This document shows positions 18,067 through 28,178 of a DNA stretch of 64,000 bases, piece by piece. A model generated the notes under the pieces. The model was not told where the DNA came from. It worked only from the letters and a program-made list of their open reading frames with translations, and ran no database searches. The DNA is from a virus: IMG/VR virus record IMGVR_UViG_3300046318_000491, positions 1-64,000 of that record. One strand, given 5' to 3'. Position numbers and translations under genes: made by a program. The first letter of the stretch is position 1. Every line of letters starts with the position of its first letter.

Positions 18067-18241
18067 GGTCCATATCCCTTATAGCCTGAACAATAAACCC
18101 GATATGCAGAGCATGCTCTGGGTTAGATCGCATTAGCTCTTTGGCTTGCTTTTCTAGGGCTGCAATAATATCTAGCCGCTCAAACTCGCGGCCGTTCTTT
18201 AGAAGGTCTAAATCTCTCTTAGTTAAAGTATTACTTGACAT
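18059..18241 (-). CDS. Hypothetical protein
   Basis: 60 aa; coupled to neighbours. Confidence 0.6.
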   Translation of the reverse strand: MSSNTLTKRDLDLLKNGREFERLDIIAALEKQAKELMRSNPEHALHIGFIVQAIRDMDHA

Positions 18242-19248
18242 CAGGCCTCCAAAAGGTTTTTAAAGTATGGCTTTGATTCTATGGCTTTAAGTATCTCCAG
18301 CGGATCCCTGTCATGAGGAATACAGATATGAGTATGCTTTTTTAGATATGTAACATAAGTATAGGAGTGTATTGATTTATCTGGAACACCACCAAAGTTT
18401 CTATATAAAGGGGTGAGAAGCTCTACTAAAAGCCCACCGTCATTCATAAAGAAACTATTGTAAAGCCCAGAACTTGTAGCTGAGGCTATAGTTTTAGCAC
18501 TTGCCATATATTTGATTTGATCTGAAAAACTTGGAAAATCTTCCGGGACTATGATTTCAAATCCAAGGTCTTTAAAGTACTGCTCAACGAGCTCTTCATT
18601 GTGGATTCTTTTATCATCTTTAAATACTATATGTTCAGGAAAAACTATACCCTCTGGTTCTATCCCGGGATCAGCATGCTTTCTTGTTAGGTATACTTTC
18701 TTCTCTGCAGCTGGTCTATCTTCCCCGACGACTAGGTCCAAAAGAAGATCCATAACTTCTTTTAATTCAACAGGGGAAGTTTTACTATTTCTACGTTGAA
18801 TATAGTAAAAATTATTTATTTCTAGATATGTTCTTAACTCATTAGGTAGATGATTGTTCTGCGTATCGACGCAAACTACCACATAGTTAATGTTATTTTT
18901 ATCTAGCAATTTAAAAAACAAAGAATAAATTGAACCCATATTCTTATTTTGAATATTTACGTAGGTGTCAAAATCTCCTTTACTAAAGACAAATAACACA
19001 TCTTTATTTATTTTATGTTCACGCCATATGTTAGTAATAGTATTTGCGAGAGCATGAAAGAAGTTATCTTGTAAGGTAATTAAAAATTTCTTTTCTGGAC
19101 CAACTATGGAAACCTTAGTCCCGTAAAACTTTGATTCATCAGAATTAATAAAAAACTCATCCCCGCTACTGGCTACATACCTGAATTTATTATCCATAAA
19201 TTCCACGTATTGCTGAGAAACAAAAGGTGCCAGGTCAGATGTAAGCAT
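18241..19248 (-). CDS. Glycosyltransferase, GT61 (DUF563)-like
   Basis: KVYLTR...RIHNE...GFEIIVPE...FSDQI...SSGLYNSFFM; AT-rich; TAGGAT 6 nt before the ATG. Confidence 0.8.
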   Translation of the reverse strand: MLTSDLAPFVSQQYVEFMDNKFRYVASSGDEFFINSDESKFYGTKVSIVGPEKKFLITLQDNFFHALANTITNIWREHKINKDVLFVFSKGDFDTYVNIQNKNMGSIYSLFFKLLDKNNINYVVVCVDTQNNHLPNELRTYLEINNFYYIQRRNSKTSPVELKEVMDLLLDLVVGEDRPAAEKKVYLTRKHADPGIEPEGIVFPEHIVFKDDKRIHNEELVEQYFKDLGFEIIVPEDFPSFSDQIKYMASAKTIASATSSGLYNSFFMNDGGLLVELLTPLYRNFGGVPDKSIHSYTYVTYLKKHTHICIPHDRDPLEILKAIESKPYFKNLLEA

Positions 19249-19267
19249 ATTTAAATCCTATCAGGAT

Positions 19268-19519
19268 CTACTTCTTTTTCTTACTACTCTTTACAATAGG
19301 TTCAATGTCTTCAACTGGAGCTTTAGCCTGAAGATGACGCTCATATTCAATACTGCCGTAGGCGTCTACGAACTGGTACATCCACTCCATACCAGTAGTA
19401 GCGTGCGTCATAAGGTCTACGACATGAGCTTTCTTGCTCCCAAAGTCACGCTCCAGGGTGTTCTTCATAACTGTAGAAATTACTGCTACAAACTCTTCAG
19501 GTGTTAGATACTTATCCAT
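19268..19519 (-). CDS. Hypothetical protein
   Basis: MDKYL start chosen from the AAAGGA RBS. Confidence 0.6.
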   Translation of the reverse strand: MDKYLTPEEFVAVISTVMKNTLERDFGSKKAHVVDLMTHATTGMEWMYQFVDAYGSIEYERHLQAKAPVEDIEPIVKSSKKKK

Positions 19520-19787
19520 TTTGGTTCCTTTCATTTGCATCAAAGTCTACCCACTCATTATGGGTAGAGTCAAAGTCTCCATGATCCCCCGTGATACTTT
19601 TTATAGCCATATCAATCACTCCGTAAAAAGTAGGACCAGTCCCATATGCTTCATCATCTATATCGTACTCCCAGTGAGTGGGTTGACCTAGTGATTTTAC
19701 TTTAGTAATAGTTATTACTACCTTATCCGAGTAGTCGAGGATATGATGGCAATTCTTTAGCTGGCAGTTAGGGCAATCAGGTTTCAT
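19512..19787 (-). CDS. Hypothetical protein with CxxC motif
   Basis: MKPDCPNC start coupled to the upstream stop. Confidence 0.6.
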   Translation of the reverse strand: MKPDCPNCQLKNCHHILDYSDKVVITITKVKSLGQPTHWEYDIDDEAYGTGPTFYGVIDMAIKSITGDHGDFDSTHNEWVDFDANERNQNG

Positions 19788-20068
19788 TAGAAAGCCTCGC
19801 ATTCAGGACAACCAATATTATCCTCGTACGGGCGTAGCTCATTTACGATACGTACTGCCATCTGAAGACCGAATGCATAACGAGAGTAGGCATTTTTATC
19901 TTTAGTAGATTCCATACACTCAGCAAATTCCATCATCTGCCCAGCGCGACGTTCAAGCTCAGCAATAATCTTGCCACGTTCCGACTGGGCACCAAGAATT
20001 TGGTTTTCCATAGTCAGCTCGTCATACTCGTCAAGAGTCAGCTTGTGAATTGGCTCTTTCTTACTCAT
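19787..20068 (-). CDS. Hypothetical protein
   Basis: 93 aa; GGAG RBS; C-terminal CPEC. Confidence 0.65.
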   Translation of the reverse strand: MSKKEPIHKLTLDEYDELTMENQILGAQSERGKIIAELERRAGQMMEFAECMESTKDKNAYSRYAFGLQMAVRIVNELRPYEDNIGCPECEAF

Positions 20069-20438
20069 TTGTTTCTCCCTTAATGCTATCTTTCAACCAT
20101 TCCAATCGGTCCGCGACTTCAGGTAAATCGCTATTTTCAATAAACTCTTCTATCAACTTGATAACGCGTTCAATCTGCTCTTTACGGATACGCTGTTCCC
20201 ACTCTTCAAACAAGTGGACCTTACTCTGGGGCTTGATCAAAGGGTTATTGATCCAGTGCTCACGAGCATCATACTCTTCCTGACCGATTGATTTAATGAT
20301 GGCATCTTCAACCTCCATTGACCAATCCATGTACTCACGCATGGCCTTACGTTTTGCAGCAGTAGCGATCTGCTCGTCATCTAGACCATCATAGATAGCG
20401 TCATCTGAATTGTCCCAGTCCTTTTCCCAACTAGCCAT
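20061..20438 (-). CDS. Hypothetical protein
   Basis: 125 aa; coupled to neighbours. Confidence 0.65.
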   Translation of the reverse strand: MASWEKDWDNSDDAIYDGLDDEQIATAAKRKAMREYMDWSMEVEDAIIKSIGQEEYDAREHWINNPLIKPQSKVHLFEEWEQRIRKEQIERVIKLIEEFIENSDLPEVADRLEWLKDSIKGETNE

Positions 20439-20907
20439 TATGAGTCACCCAGAAATAGCTACACTTTTCACAGCAAGGTTCATTACTTTTATCAATCACT
20501 GATGACTTGAAGTCATAATAGTAAGCATCATCCTTGCGGTACAAGTTTGCCTTGTGTGTAGTAGTAACGCGACTCATGATGGCTCGGTCATTGAACCAGC
20601 CAGGTAGCCCATTACCCCAATTAGCAATAGTTGCTACACGAAGGGCCATAAGGTTCTCCTTGTTCTTATCAGTCTTGATCCCACGGCGGTCAGCCTCACG
20701 AATCATCGCAAGAGTATAGTCGAATAGAGCATTCTCGTGACCGCGCCACATCTTTACAGCAGGGTGATTACGCCACCCAGCTTTAGGATCTGGGTTATTA
20801 AGGACCTTAAGAATCTGATAGCACTCTAGGATCTGCTTGTTCAATCGCTTTGAGTCCAGCACACTAGCTGTTTTATCAAAGTCTTTATAAGGTAGGAATG
20901 TTTGCAT
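20431..20907 (-). CDS. Pyrimidine-dimer DNA glycosylase / endonuclease V family (MSMEG_6728-like)
   Basis: MQTFLPY...LDSKRLNKQILECYQIL...HPAVKMWRGHE. Confidence 0.88.
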   Translation of the reverse strand: MQTFLPYKDFDKTASVLDSKRLNKQILECYQILKVLNNPDPKAGWRNHPAVKMWRGHENALFDYTLAMIREADRRGIKTDKNKENLMALRVATIANWGNGLPGWFNDRAIMSRVTTTHKANLYRKDDAYYYDFKSSVIDKSNEPCCEKCSYFWVTHNG

Positions 20908-20909
20908 TA

Positions 20910-21131
20910 TTAGACAGCACGACTTTCTAGAGGCAGCTCGACATATTGAACAGGCCGTGCTCTACGAGCAAGAACCTTACGAACATAGCGATCAGCAGAT
21001 TTTACATTACGAGCATACTTCAGCGGGACCCATATGGCACTTGGTTCTGACTTTCCTTGAACCCAGCCAGCGTTTCTAGATTCCCAGTCTCGTTTAAAAC
21101 GGAACTCTACATACGGTAGATCATTACTCAT
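20910..21131 (-). CDS. Hypothetical protein
   Basis: 73 aa in operon. Confidence 0.6.
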   Translation of the reverse strand: MSNDLPYVEFRFKRDWESRNAGWVQGKSEPSAIWVPLKYARNVKSADRYVRKVLARRARPVQYVELPLESRAV

Positions 21132-21687
21132 TATTATTTCCTTTCAGATTATTACTTAGGTACTCAAAACAGTAGAGACTCATCTTGGCATCCCAGCCAG
21201 CATCGTGAGCATCCTCATAGCCAATTTTTTCGATTGCATATTCTTTAGAGCGTTTTTTCCATGACTCAAAGTTTAGATTGTCTTTACCGTCAAGCGTAAA
21301 GCAAAGAGCATTTAGGTCAACAGTCCTACGAGAAAATAGCGAGTAGGTAGCCGGAAGGGTTTTACGAACGAATGGCATATCAAATGCTCCAACATTCCAA
21401 CCAACCGGAACGGTCTTAGTACGACGTTTAGGGCTAGCTCCCTGACCAACTAGGAAATCGTATACATTACGATCAACTTCTTCAAAGTTAACCGAAGACG
21501 GCAACATCTCCCGAGTAAAGCCAGGGACAGCCACGGCTTCCTCATCCCACAGCATTTCACCGGGATTGATCATTGCTGAGTAGGACGCACCATTTGCTAG
21601 CGCAAGACCAATTTGGAGCAGACGTCCACCTCGGTCTAACTCGCTACTTGACATCTCACCGTCAAGTCCTACGTACATAAAGCTCAT
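21124..21687 (-). CDS. DEDDh 3'-5' exonuclease
   Basis: LDGE, WNVGAFD and HDAGWD motifs. Confidence 0.85.
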   Translation of the reverse strand: MSFMYVGLDGEMSSSELDRGGRLLQIGLALANGASYSAMINPGEMLWDEEAVAVPGFTREMLPSSVNFEEVDRNVYDFLVGQGASPKRRTKTVPVGWNVGAFDMPFVRKTLPATYSLFSRRTVDLNALCFTLDGKDNLNFESWKKRSKEYAIEKIGYEDAHDAGWDAKMSLYCFEYLSNNLKGNNNE

Positions 21688-21699
21688 TTTCTTTTCTTT

Positions 21700-22248
21700 C
21701 TATCCAATAAACTCTAATGTACCAGCTACAACCATTTCTGTCAACTTCTTGTTTGTTTTGAGATCAACCTCGCGCCAGTGGCCTTCACCTTCATAGTAGA
21801 AGAGGTCTGCCTTATTGTCCTGATACCAACCAATTTCCATGTGCGGGATAGGAATTGAGGGCTCTTCCGATGGGATTAGTTCATTACGAAGTGTTGCTAG
21901 ATCTACATCTTCAAGCTTTGCCCCATGAATATCCGTAACTACAGGAATAGCTTTAGGATCAAGCTTCTCCCATTTGTTATTTGCGTGAGGCTCAACCTTC
22001 ATTGCGTAGATAATTCCATTTTTCTTACGAAGCTGAATAATGTCATTATCATTAGGGGCTAGCTTGTTTGCCCAAGAGTTAACAAATTCAGTTGTCAGAT
22101 CAACAGTAGACGCAGTTGGGGCCAGAGAGCTCCAAGTAGTCCCATTCCAAAATCCAACGTCGCCAACGTTGGGCCCTGAGGATCCAACATGTAGGTGAGT
22201 ACCTAGCGCACTTCCGATATCTGTACCACGGTGTTCTCTAGTCTTCAT
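21700..22248 (-). CDS. Hypothetical protein
   Basis: Start MKTREH chosen from the GGAGG RBS; avoids a long overlap with 22238..22426. Confidence 0.6.
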   Translation of the reverse strand: MKTREHRGTDIGSALGTHLHVGSSGPNVGDVGFWNGTTWSSLAPTASTVDLTTEFVNSWANKLAPNDNDIIQLRKKNGIIYAMKVEPHANNKWEKLDPKAIPVVTDIHGAKLEDVDLATLRNELIPSEEPSIPIPHMEIGWYQDNKADLFYYEGEGHWREVDLKTNKKLTEMVVAGTLEFIG

Positions 22249-22426
22249 CTTCCACCTCCACAAAATCAAAAATTTGCTTTCTAAGTCGATCATGTAACTT
22301 ACTTGCATAAGCACTAGCATCCCACATCTGAGTATTCCCATAGTGAATCTCAGCAAGCTTTAATGCGGTCAGTAGACGATACACGTCGTCCTGAGGGATA
22401 TCAATATTTATTAGAGTCTTAGTCAT
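22238..22426 (-). CDS. Hypothetical protein
   Basis: 62 aa; coupled to the protease stop. Confidence 0.6.
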   Translation of the reverse strand: MTKTLINIDIPQDDVYRLLTALKLAEIHYGNTQMWDASAYASKLHDRLRKQIFDFVEVEDED

Positions 22427-23601
22427 TACTTGATCCTTACAGTTAGGCTAGGCTGTCCAGTCCCTAATGAACCAACAGCACTAACTCGATAATAACCAGC
22501 TATTGCAACATCTGCAAATATATCTGCAGTATTAGTAGTGACGACGACAGTCCATGTACTTCCAGTAACACTGCTCTCGATCTTGTAGCCAATAATTCCA
22601 GAGGTAGGGGCATTTGTCGGAGCAGACCACGAAAGCTTATAACCCGTTGCGCTCTTACTTGCAAATACTCCAGAGACCTTACCTGGAAGAGTAGTACCAA
22701 TTATCTTAGGTGTGCTCGGTACAGTAATGCTAGCAACTCCACCTAAGAAAGATGTATTTAGTAAATAGTTGCCATTACTTGATTTAGCGTCTACAACTAC
22801 ATCCCTGAGGGCACCAGCACGAAGTGCTTGCGCAACTTCAGCCGGCTTAGCAGTTGGATTCTTTTCTAGGTATAAGGCAGCTACACCAGCAACGTGTGGC
22901 GAGGCCATTGAGGTTCCGGTCATGGTCTTGAATGCTGATGGATTCTGCCAGTCCTCCGAGTCAATCAACCCACCAGGAGCAAAGATATCTACGCAGTCAC
23001 CAAATGCAGAGGTATTTGTACGCTGATCATTTTTATTGATACCAGCAACAGTGAATGCATTAGGAGTGCCAGATGGGCTCCACTTACATGCATCAGTGTT
23101 TGTATTAGAAGCAGCAACTACTGCAAGGATTCCAGCAGCATAAAGACGATCAATAGCTGCATCTACAGTCGGGCTCTTACCAACAGTGACGCTGATATTT
23201 ACAACAGCAGGTCCTTTATTGAGTGTAAGAACCTTGTCGATGCCAGCAACTAGATCTTTAGGATAGACAACACCCTTACAGTCTGCAATTTTAATAGAGA
23301 CAATTTTTACATTCTTAGCTACGCCAAACTCAGAGGATCCAATGATTCCGGCAACGTGCGTACCGTGACCGTGACAGTCGACATCGCCAGAGGCGCGTCC
23401 ACCAAACCCAGGGTCAGTAGATACAACTCCAGTATCTAGAACGTAAGCAGTAACCCCAGCACCAGTGTAGGCAACAGAGTAGTTACCATCAATGGCACCA
23501 TCTAGACGGTCTAGGCCCCATGAAGAGACAGCGGCATAGGCAGGAACAGCAGTTAAGCTAAGTGAAGCAATCAAGGCTCCAATAATTATCTTTTTATTCA
23601 T
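22426..23601 (-). CDS. Secreted S8 subtilisin-like serine protease with C-terminal FN3-like domain
   Basis: Signal peptide; LDTG, HGTHVAG and GTSMASPHVAG triad; LSWSAP...YRVSAV. Confidence 0.93.
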   Translation of the reverse strand: MNKKIIIGALIASLSLTAVPAYAAVSSWGLDRLDGAIDGNYSVAYTGAGVTAYVLDTGVVSTDPGFGGRASGDVDCHGHGTHVAGIIGSSEFGVAKNVKIVSIKIADCKGVVYPKDLVAGIDKVLTLNKGPAVVNISVTVGKSPTVDAAIDRLYAAGILAVVAASNTNTDACKWSPSGTPNAFTVAGINKNDQRTNTSAFGDCVDIFAPGGLIDSEDWQNPSAFKTMTGTSMASPHVAGVAALYLEKNPTAKPAEVAQALRAGALRDVVVDAKSSNGNYLLNTSFLGGVASITVPSTPKIIGTTLPGKVSGVFASKSATGYKLSWSAPTNAPTSGIIGYKIESSVTGSTWTVVVTTNTADIFADVAIAGYYRVSAVGSLGTGQPSLTVRIK

Positions 23602-23636
23602 GCCCTAACTATAAGCACATAAAAACTATTTGTCAA
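23602..23636 (-). promoter_or_regulatory. Sigma-70-type promoter, leaderless
   Basis: TTGACA-17 nt-TATAGT-6 nt-ATG. Confidence 0.75.
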
Positions 23637-24519
23637 GTAGAACATCATCGACACACGCGTAGGTGTTTTCAATGGTCCCATCATTGACTATATATAGGGA
23701 AAAGAAGTAAGAGTCTAAGGCTGTTTCCGAGATATGATCATTTGCAGGCCCAACGCCTTCCCGGGAAATACGCCAAACCTCACCGCCTAGCGTTTTGATT
23801 GCATCAGCCTCATTAGGGAATCGGACATCTGCAAAGACTATCTTTGATCCATCTTCGACAGAGTTAAGCGCAGTATCTACCCAGAAGTTTTCCCCAAACA
23901 TTTCACGCCCAACTTCAGTCCCCATGCGCTGCATAAGCCCACGAATATTAGGACTAACCTCTTTAAGAGTCTCCCACCCCATGAGATCAACAGCCGTGGC
24001 TAGATTCATACTATAGCTATCTACATCAATTTCTGGGTTAAGTCGGTACAATGCTTCTCGCATCGGATCTGCAAATGACATTTTTGTATAGCCATGCTTA
24101 TCAACTAGTCGAGCAGCAATGGTATCTTTACCAACCCTAGCCCAACCAGATAATCCAATAACTTCTACACGCGGAACTAGAGCACCATTTTTTAGGACCA
24201 TCAGAGGAAGGCCTAAAGCTCTAGCAACAGCAACCTCTAGTGATGCCCCTTTAGAGTTTTGCCAACCAGGAAGAACGCAGAGCATATCCACATCCATAAC
24301 ATGAGGCAGGTCACGCTTCATATAGTAAGACCAAAGCTTATTAGGCGAGTCAGGGGTACCAGCTGACTGCAGCGCTTCTTGAACGGTGGCACCATCGTTA
24401 TGAGCTGGGTTGATTACTTCATAGCCAAGCTTCTCTAATTGATGCTCTGCTTCAAAAAATGCGGGGAAGTTAAAATCTTTCATGCCGCTCATTGGTCCAG
24501 CGATATAGATTTTAGTCAT
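23626..24519 (-). CDS. DUF4406 (nucleoside deoxyribosyltransferase-like) fused to deoxynucleoside monophosphate kinase
   Basis: IYIAGPMSG...NPA...LPGW..SKGA.LE; GLSGWARVGKDT P-loop, LMQRMGTEVGR, DVRFPNE. Confidence 0.88.
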   Translation of the reverse strand: MTKIYIAGPMSGMKDFNFPAFFEAEHQLEKLGYEVINPAHNDGATVQEALQSAGTPDSPNKLWSYYMKRDLPHVMDVDMLCVLPGWQNSKGASLEVAVARALGLPLMVLKNGALVPRVEVIGLSGWARVGKDTIAARLVDKHGYTKMSFADPMREALYRLNPEIDVDSYSMNLATAVDLMGWETLKEVSPNIRGLMQRMGTEVGREMFGENFWVDTALNSVEDGSKIVFADVRFPNEADAIKTLGGEVWRISREGVGPANDHISETALDSYFFSLYIVNDGTIENTYACVDDVLLDK

Positions 24520-24522
24520 TTT

Positions 24523-24867
24523 TTACCCGTCTGAAAGTAAGTACTCCAGTAAATCTGGATTGTCTCTAATCAATACTAGTAGAGATTCTTCCCAAACCCC
24601 AATGAAATAATGCTCCCAGGTATCAAAGTTATCACTTTTTTTAGGCGTCACAGATGTATCGTAGACGTTTCTAGCAGCATGCATTAATTCATGCCAAAGA
24701 GTCAGCTGCTGCCTACTATGTGAAATATCTTTATCGATAACAATTAGATTTTCTGTATCCAAAGTATAGCCAAAAGTCCCGTCGTTAAGCATGCCATCGT
24801 CATGGCGAGAGCGTTCAATGATGTCAAACCATTGGCTACCGACTCTTACTTTAAGAGGTATATTCAT
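24523..24867 (-). CDS. Phage HExxH metallopeptidase-like protein
   Basis: TLWHELMHA motif. Confidence 0.7.
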   Translation of the reverse strand: MNIPLKVRVGSQWFDIIERSRHDDGMLNDGTFGYTLDTENLIVIDKDISHSRQQLTLWHELMHAARNVYDTSVTPKKSDNFDTWEHYFIGVWEESLLVLIRDNPDLLEYLLSDG

Positions 24868-24892
24868 CTCTGGCCTTAATAAGTAAAGAAGA

Positions 24893-25519
24893 CTAGTCTA
24901 CCGGATTTTCATTAAGCCTTTTTTTAGAGAAAGCGGTACCTACATACCTGATTCCCGACGTAACAGTAGCTACTCCATGTAGATACTCTTCTGTACCAGG
25001 GTGCATAACTAAACTACCAGCCTCTGGTTTTATTGCTATTTCCAAGTTTGGATAGTATATTTGACCACCTTCATAGTCATCATTTAGATATAGAACCATC
25101 CCATGAGGCGTGTCGACTCCCACCTTGAGACCAGGTAGGGAGTCATAGTGAGGTAGCATATCCCCTAATGTCTTCATAACATTTATCACGCTAGCTTTTA
25201 TAAAAAAATCTGCTCTATCTGATCCGTATAAATCAGCGTAAAGATTTTCTAATTTTGTATTGATATTTTCTATAGCTGTTCTCACCGATGGGCTATCGTA
25301 TTTACCTAGAAATACATAAGGCTTTTCTCCAGGGTTTACTTGATTATCATTAGTGTAGCCAACTAAATCTTCATTATCATAGTGATTTGCCAAAGAATCT
25401 ACTACTGCTGATATCAATGTTGCAGTCTGATCCTTAGATAAAAAATTTTTTACATAGACAATCTCTGTAGCAGATATGTCGTTAGAAAATTTAGATATGT
25501 CTATAGTATTAGGATGCAT
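24893..25519 (-). CDS. Prolyl-4-hydroxylase-like 2OG-Fe(II) oxygenase
   Basis: HYD...YLNDDYEGGQIYYP...HGV...RY; start 25519 or 25540. Confidence 0.9.
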   Translation of the reverse strand: MHPNTIDISKFSNDISATEIVYVKNFLSKDQTATLISAVVDSLANHYDNEDLVGYTNDNQVNPGEKPYVFLGKYDSPSVRTAIENINTKLENLYADLYGSDRADFFIKASVINVMKTLGDMLPHYDSLPGLKVGVDTPHGMVLYLNDDYEGGQIYYPNLEIAIKPEAGSLVMHPGTEEYLHGVATVTSGIRYVGTAFSKKRLNENPVD

Positions 25520-26117
25520 TAGCCATAAAGTATCTGCCATAGTCGGTATAAGGAATTACTGTAGAGTCGATCCACCAGTCCTCGTGGGGGTGGCGCTGGA
25601 CTAGTTGATAGCCATAGCTAGAGAGAATTGCTCTCTGAGCATCACGATCAGCGGTATTTTTATAATTATTTAGACTATCATGTTCGAATTGAATAACTGT
25701 AAATCTATATGTACTAAGCGGTAGATTAACTAGACCTTTTAAGCACAGAGAGCCAGGGCCAATTTCTCTACCTAAGTCGTCATAGCCAGCATCCATATCT
25801 ACCTGAAGGTAGTCAATTTGCTTAGGAAAGTTATTTTCCTCAAAGTACTTGCGAAAATCAAAGGTAGTTGCATCGTGAAGAATGCACGGATTAGCTCGAT
25901 TAGCATTAAACTCCTCGGCAAACTCAGGTACGACATCAAAAGAAACTCCCGACCAGTGGAACCTATTCTCTAATAGCCAAGTATTGCTGCCTCTCTTAGA
26001 ATGAAAAGCACCAAGCTCTACGTACGTGCCATAAGTTTTCTCATCTAGGACACTGATAACGAAAGACTCATTTCCTCCGCCGCCGCTATTGCTATCTGGG
26101 TACACCTGGTAATTCAT
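25509..26117 (-). CDS. FkbM-like SAM-dependent methyltransferase
   Basis: YVELGA...SNT..LE...W.G, IDYLQVD, IQFEH. Confidence 0.8.
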   Translation of the reverse strand: MNYQVYPDSNSGGGGNESFVISVLDEKTYGTYVELGAFHSKRGSNTWLLENRFHWSGVSFDVVPEFAEEFNANRANPCILHDATTFDFRKYFEENNFPKQIDYLQVDMDAGYDDLGREIGPGSLCLKGLVNLPLSTYRFTVIQFEHDSLNNYKNTADRDAQRAILSSYGYQLVQRHPHEDWWIDSTVIPYTDYGRYFMANAS

Positions 26118-26404
26118 TAGAGGTCCTTCGAAATAAGTTCAATTGCACGATTCAACCCAGTAACAAGCTTAAGGTCTTCTATAGAAGAGACACTAGCCAG
26201 CTCTGCTCTAAGAATGTCAATTATTTTTACTTTGGTATCCTCTACCGCAAGCTCGTAACCAAAGGTGGTGGAAGAATCAATTGCCTCAGCAAGCGAGTTA
26301 TGCAGTACTTCTTTAGCAGCCATAGCTGCCTGCACAGCAGAACCCACTTTAGAAATAATACGGTCATCTGGATCCGGTATGTTATCAAAGTCATTAAGTG
26401 ACAT
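26117..26404 (-). CDS. Hypothetical protein
   Basis: 95 aa; coupled on both sides. Confidence 0.65.
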   Translation of the reverse strand: MSLNDFDNIPDPDDRIISKVGSAVQAAMAAKEVLHNSLAEAIDSSTTFGYELAVEDTKVKIIDILRAELASVSSIEDLKLVTGLNRAIELISKDL

Positions 26405-27099
26405 TAGGGGGCCACACGTCCGTTCTTATTAAATGTTTCATATGTAATTGGCATCTTCTCAGCGAAGAACTCCTCCATCTTTTCAGCAACCATTTCGATT
26501 TCCCGCTGAGGAAAGCTAGGGAAGTGAGTACCCTCGCGTGTAGTACGAAGGGATAGAAAGTTCATAAGAGAGCGAGCATTCATTGTCACATACATAGATG
26601 AATAGATATTTACAGGAAGTACAGCGCGAGCAACCTCACGAGCAATCCCCTTATCTAGCATCCATAGATATTCTGCATATGCGAGCTGGTTAGCATCATG
26701 AATTGAATTAACAACATCAGCAAACTGCTCAGTTGTGCCATCTTCAAAAGTGTATGCACCCGGCTTACCTACTTGAATAAGCTTACGATCAACTGAAGGC
26801 GAGTAGAAAACCGGTGAAAGCTCCTTGTAACGACCCGATTCTTCATTATAAGAAGCCATGCGGTGCCGCATAAACTCACGGAAGACAAAGATAGGAGCCT
26901 CGATAAAGAACGTAAAAGCATTGTGCTCAAATGGTGATCCGTGACGATCGCGCATTAGATAGTTGATGAGGCCGGCATCTTTGTCAGGATTCCCGGATGC
27001 TCCTGTAGAAACACGAGCTGCCATAGTAACGGCTTCATCAGATGCCATAGAGTTGATAAGCTCTACAGTCATATCACTACGAAATTTAATCTCAGTCAT
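26404..27099 (-). CDS. thyX: FAD-dependent thymidylate synthase
   Basis: HGSPFEH, RHRMASYNEESGRY, NARSLMNFLSLR. Confidence 0.97.
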   Translation of the reverse strand: MTEIKFRSDMTVELINSMASDEAVTMAARVSTGASGNPDKDAGLINYLMRDRHGSPFEHNAFTFFIEAPIFVFREFMRHRMASYNEESGRYKELSPVFYSPSVDRKLIQVGKPGAYTFEDGTTEQFADVVNSIHDANQLAYAEYLWMLDKGIAREVARAVLPVNIYSSMYVTMNARSLMNFLSLRTTREGTHFPSFPQREIEMVAEKMEEFFAEKMPITYETFNKNGRVAP

Positions 27100-27545
27100 T
27101 AGCTTTTTACTCCTGTTGATCCAAATCCACCTTCGCCACGATTAGTCTCGTCTAGTGATTCAACTTGCTCAAACTCAACAGTTAGAACTTCCTGAAAAAC
27201 CAACTGAGCAATACGGTCACCAATTTCAATCTCTACCGATCTATCGTTATCAGAGTTGTATAGGATGACACCAATTTCTCCACGATAGTTAGAGTCAATA
27301 GTCCCGGGGGCATTTAGAACTGTAAGCCCTTGCTTGAGAGCCAATCCGCTACGAGGGTGTACCAAAGCAACTACATTATCAGGAAGTGCTAGTTTGACCC
27401 CAGTCATAACTAACTTACGCTCTCCAGGATAGATAATGTCGCCACGGGCAGCACGCAGGTCTGCACCGGCATCTCCTGGCTGGCTATATGTAGGAATTAG
27501 CGCCTTATCGGTCACTGTTATTTTAACTTTATCTACGTAGGTCAT
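27099..27545 (-). CDS. dut: dUTP diphosphatase
   Basis: AGADL, PRSGLA, GTIDSNYRGE, RIAQL, RGEGGFGSTG. Confidence 0.97.
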   Translation of the reverse strand: MTYVDKVKITVTDKALIPTYSQPGDAGADLRAARGDIIYPGERKLVMTGVKLALPDNVVALVHPRSGLALKQGLTVLNAPGTIDSNYRGEIGVILYNSDNDRSVEIEIGDRIAQLVFQEVLTVEFEQVESLDETNRGEGGFGSTGVKS

Positions 27546-27593
27546 ATCTACACAGTACCATAAGCCCTGCCTTAATAGCGATAAACTATAGGA

Positions 27594-28178
27594 ATGATTA
27601 CCTACTCAAAAGAAGATATCTTAAAAGGCATACAGGATGCTAGAGATAGCGAGATTGCTGTCGTTTTTAAAGAGATGATTTTAGTAAACCCCAACTGGTC
27701 TAGCTTTATAACAATGATTGACAAGGCTTCTCGCACTCCCCCTCGAGACCTATACCTAGGTTCTCCCCTAGAAGAGCGTCTAGTCAACAGTCTTATTGTT
27801 AGAAATCTTTTTTACCTAACCGTAGGGTTCTCTGATGACAGAGATATTAGAGAAATTCAACAAGTGTATGAAACATTCAAAGATATTTTTAGCAACGAGC
27901 TTCTGCCTATATCTGCATTTGTCAACATAATTGGTGGAGAGAAGCCGGGGGAGGCTCATCATGACGAAAGAGAAACTATATTTTGGCAGTGTATAGGCAC
28001 TTCTGAGTGGACTGTATATGAAGATCCAGCCGAGGGTAAATACGAAGTAGCATCTCTTAAAATTAAAAATCAGTTTGTATTAAACCCTGGTGACATTTTG
28101 TATCTAAAAAATAGGGGAATACACTCTGTTAAAAATTATGGACCTAGAGCTGCAATCGCATTTGCGCCAGTAAAATAA
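27594..28178 (+). CDS. JmjC/cupin-like 2OG oxygenase
   Basis: HHD...WQCIG...W.V...LNPGDILYL...IHSV. Confidence 0.8.
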   Translation: MITYSKEDILKGIQDARDSEIAVVFKEMILVNPNWSSFITMIDKASRTPPRDLYLGSPLEERLVNSLIVRNLFYLTVGFSDDRDIREIQQVYETFKDIFSNELLPISAFVNIIGGEKPGEAHHDERETIFWQCIGTSEWTVYEDPAEGKYEVASLKIKNQFVLNPGDILYLKNRGIHSVKNYGPRAAIAFAPVK

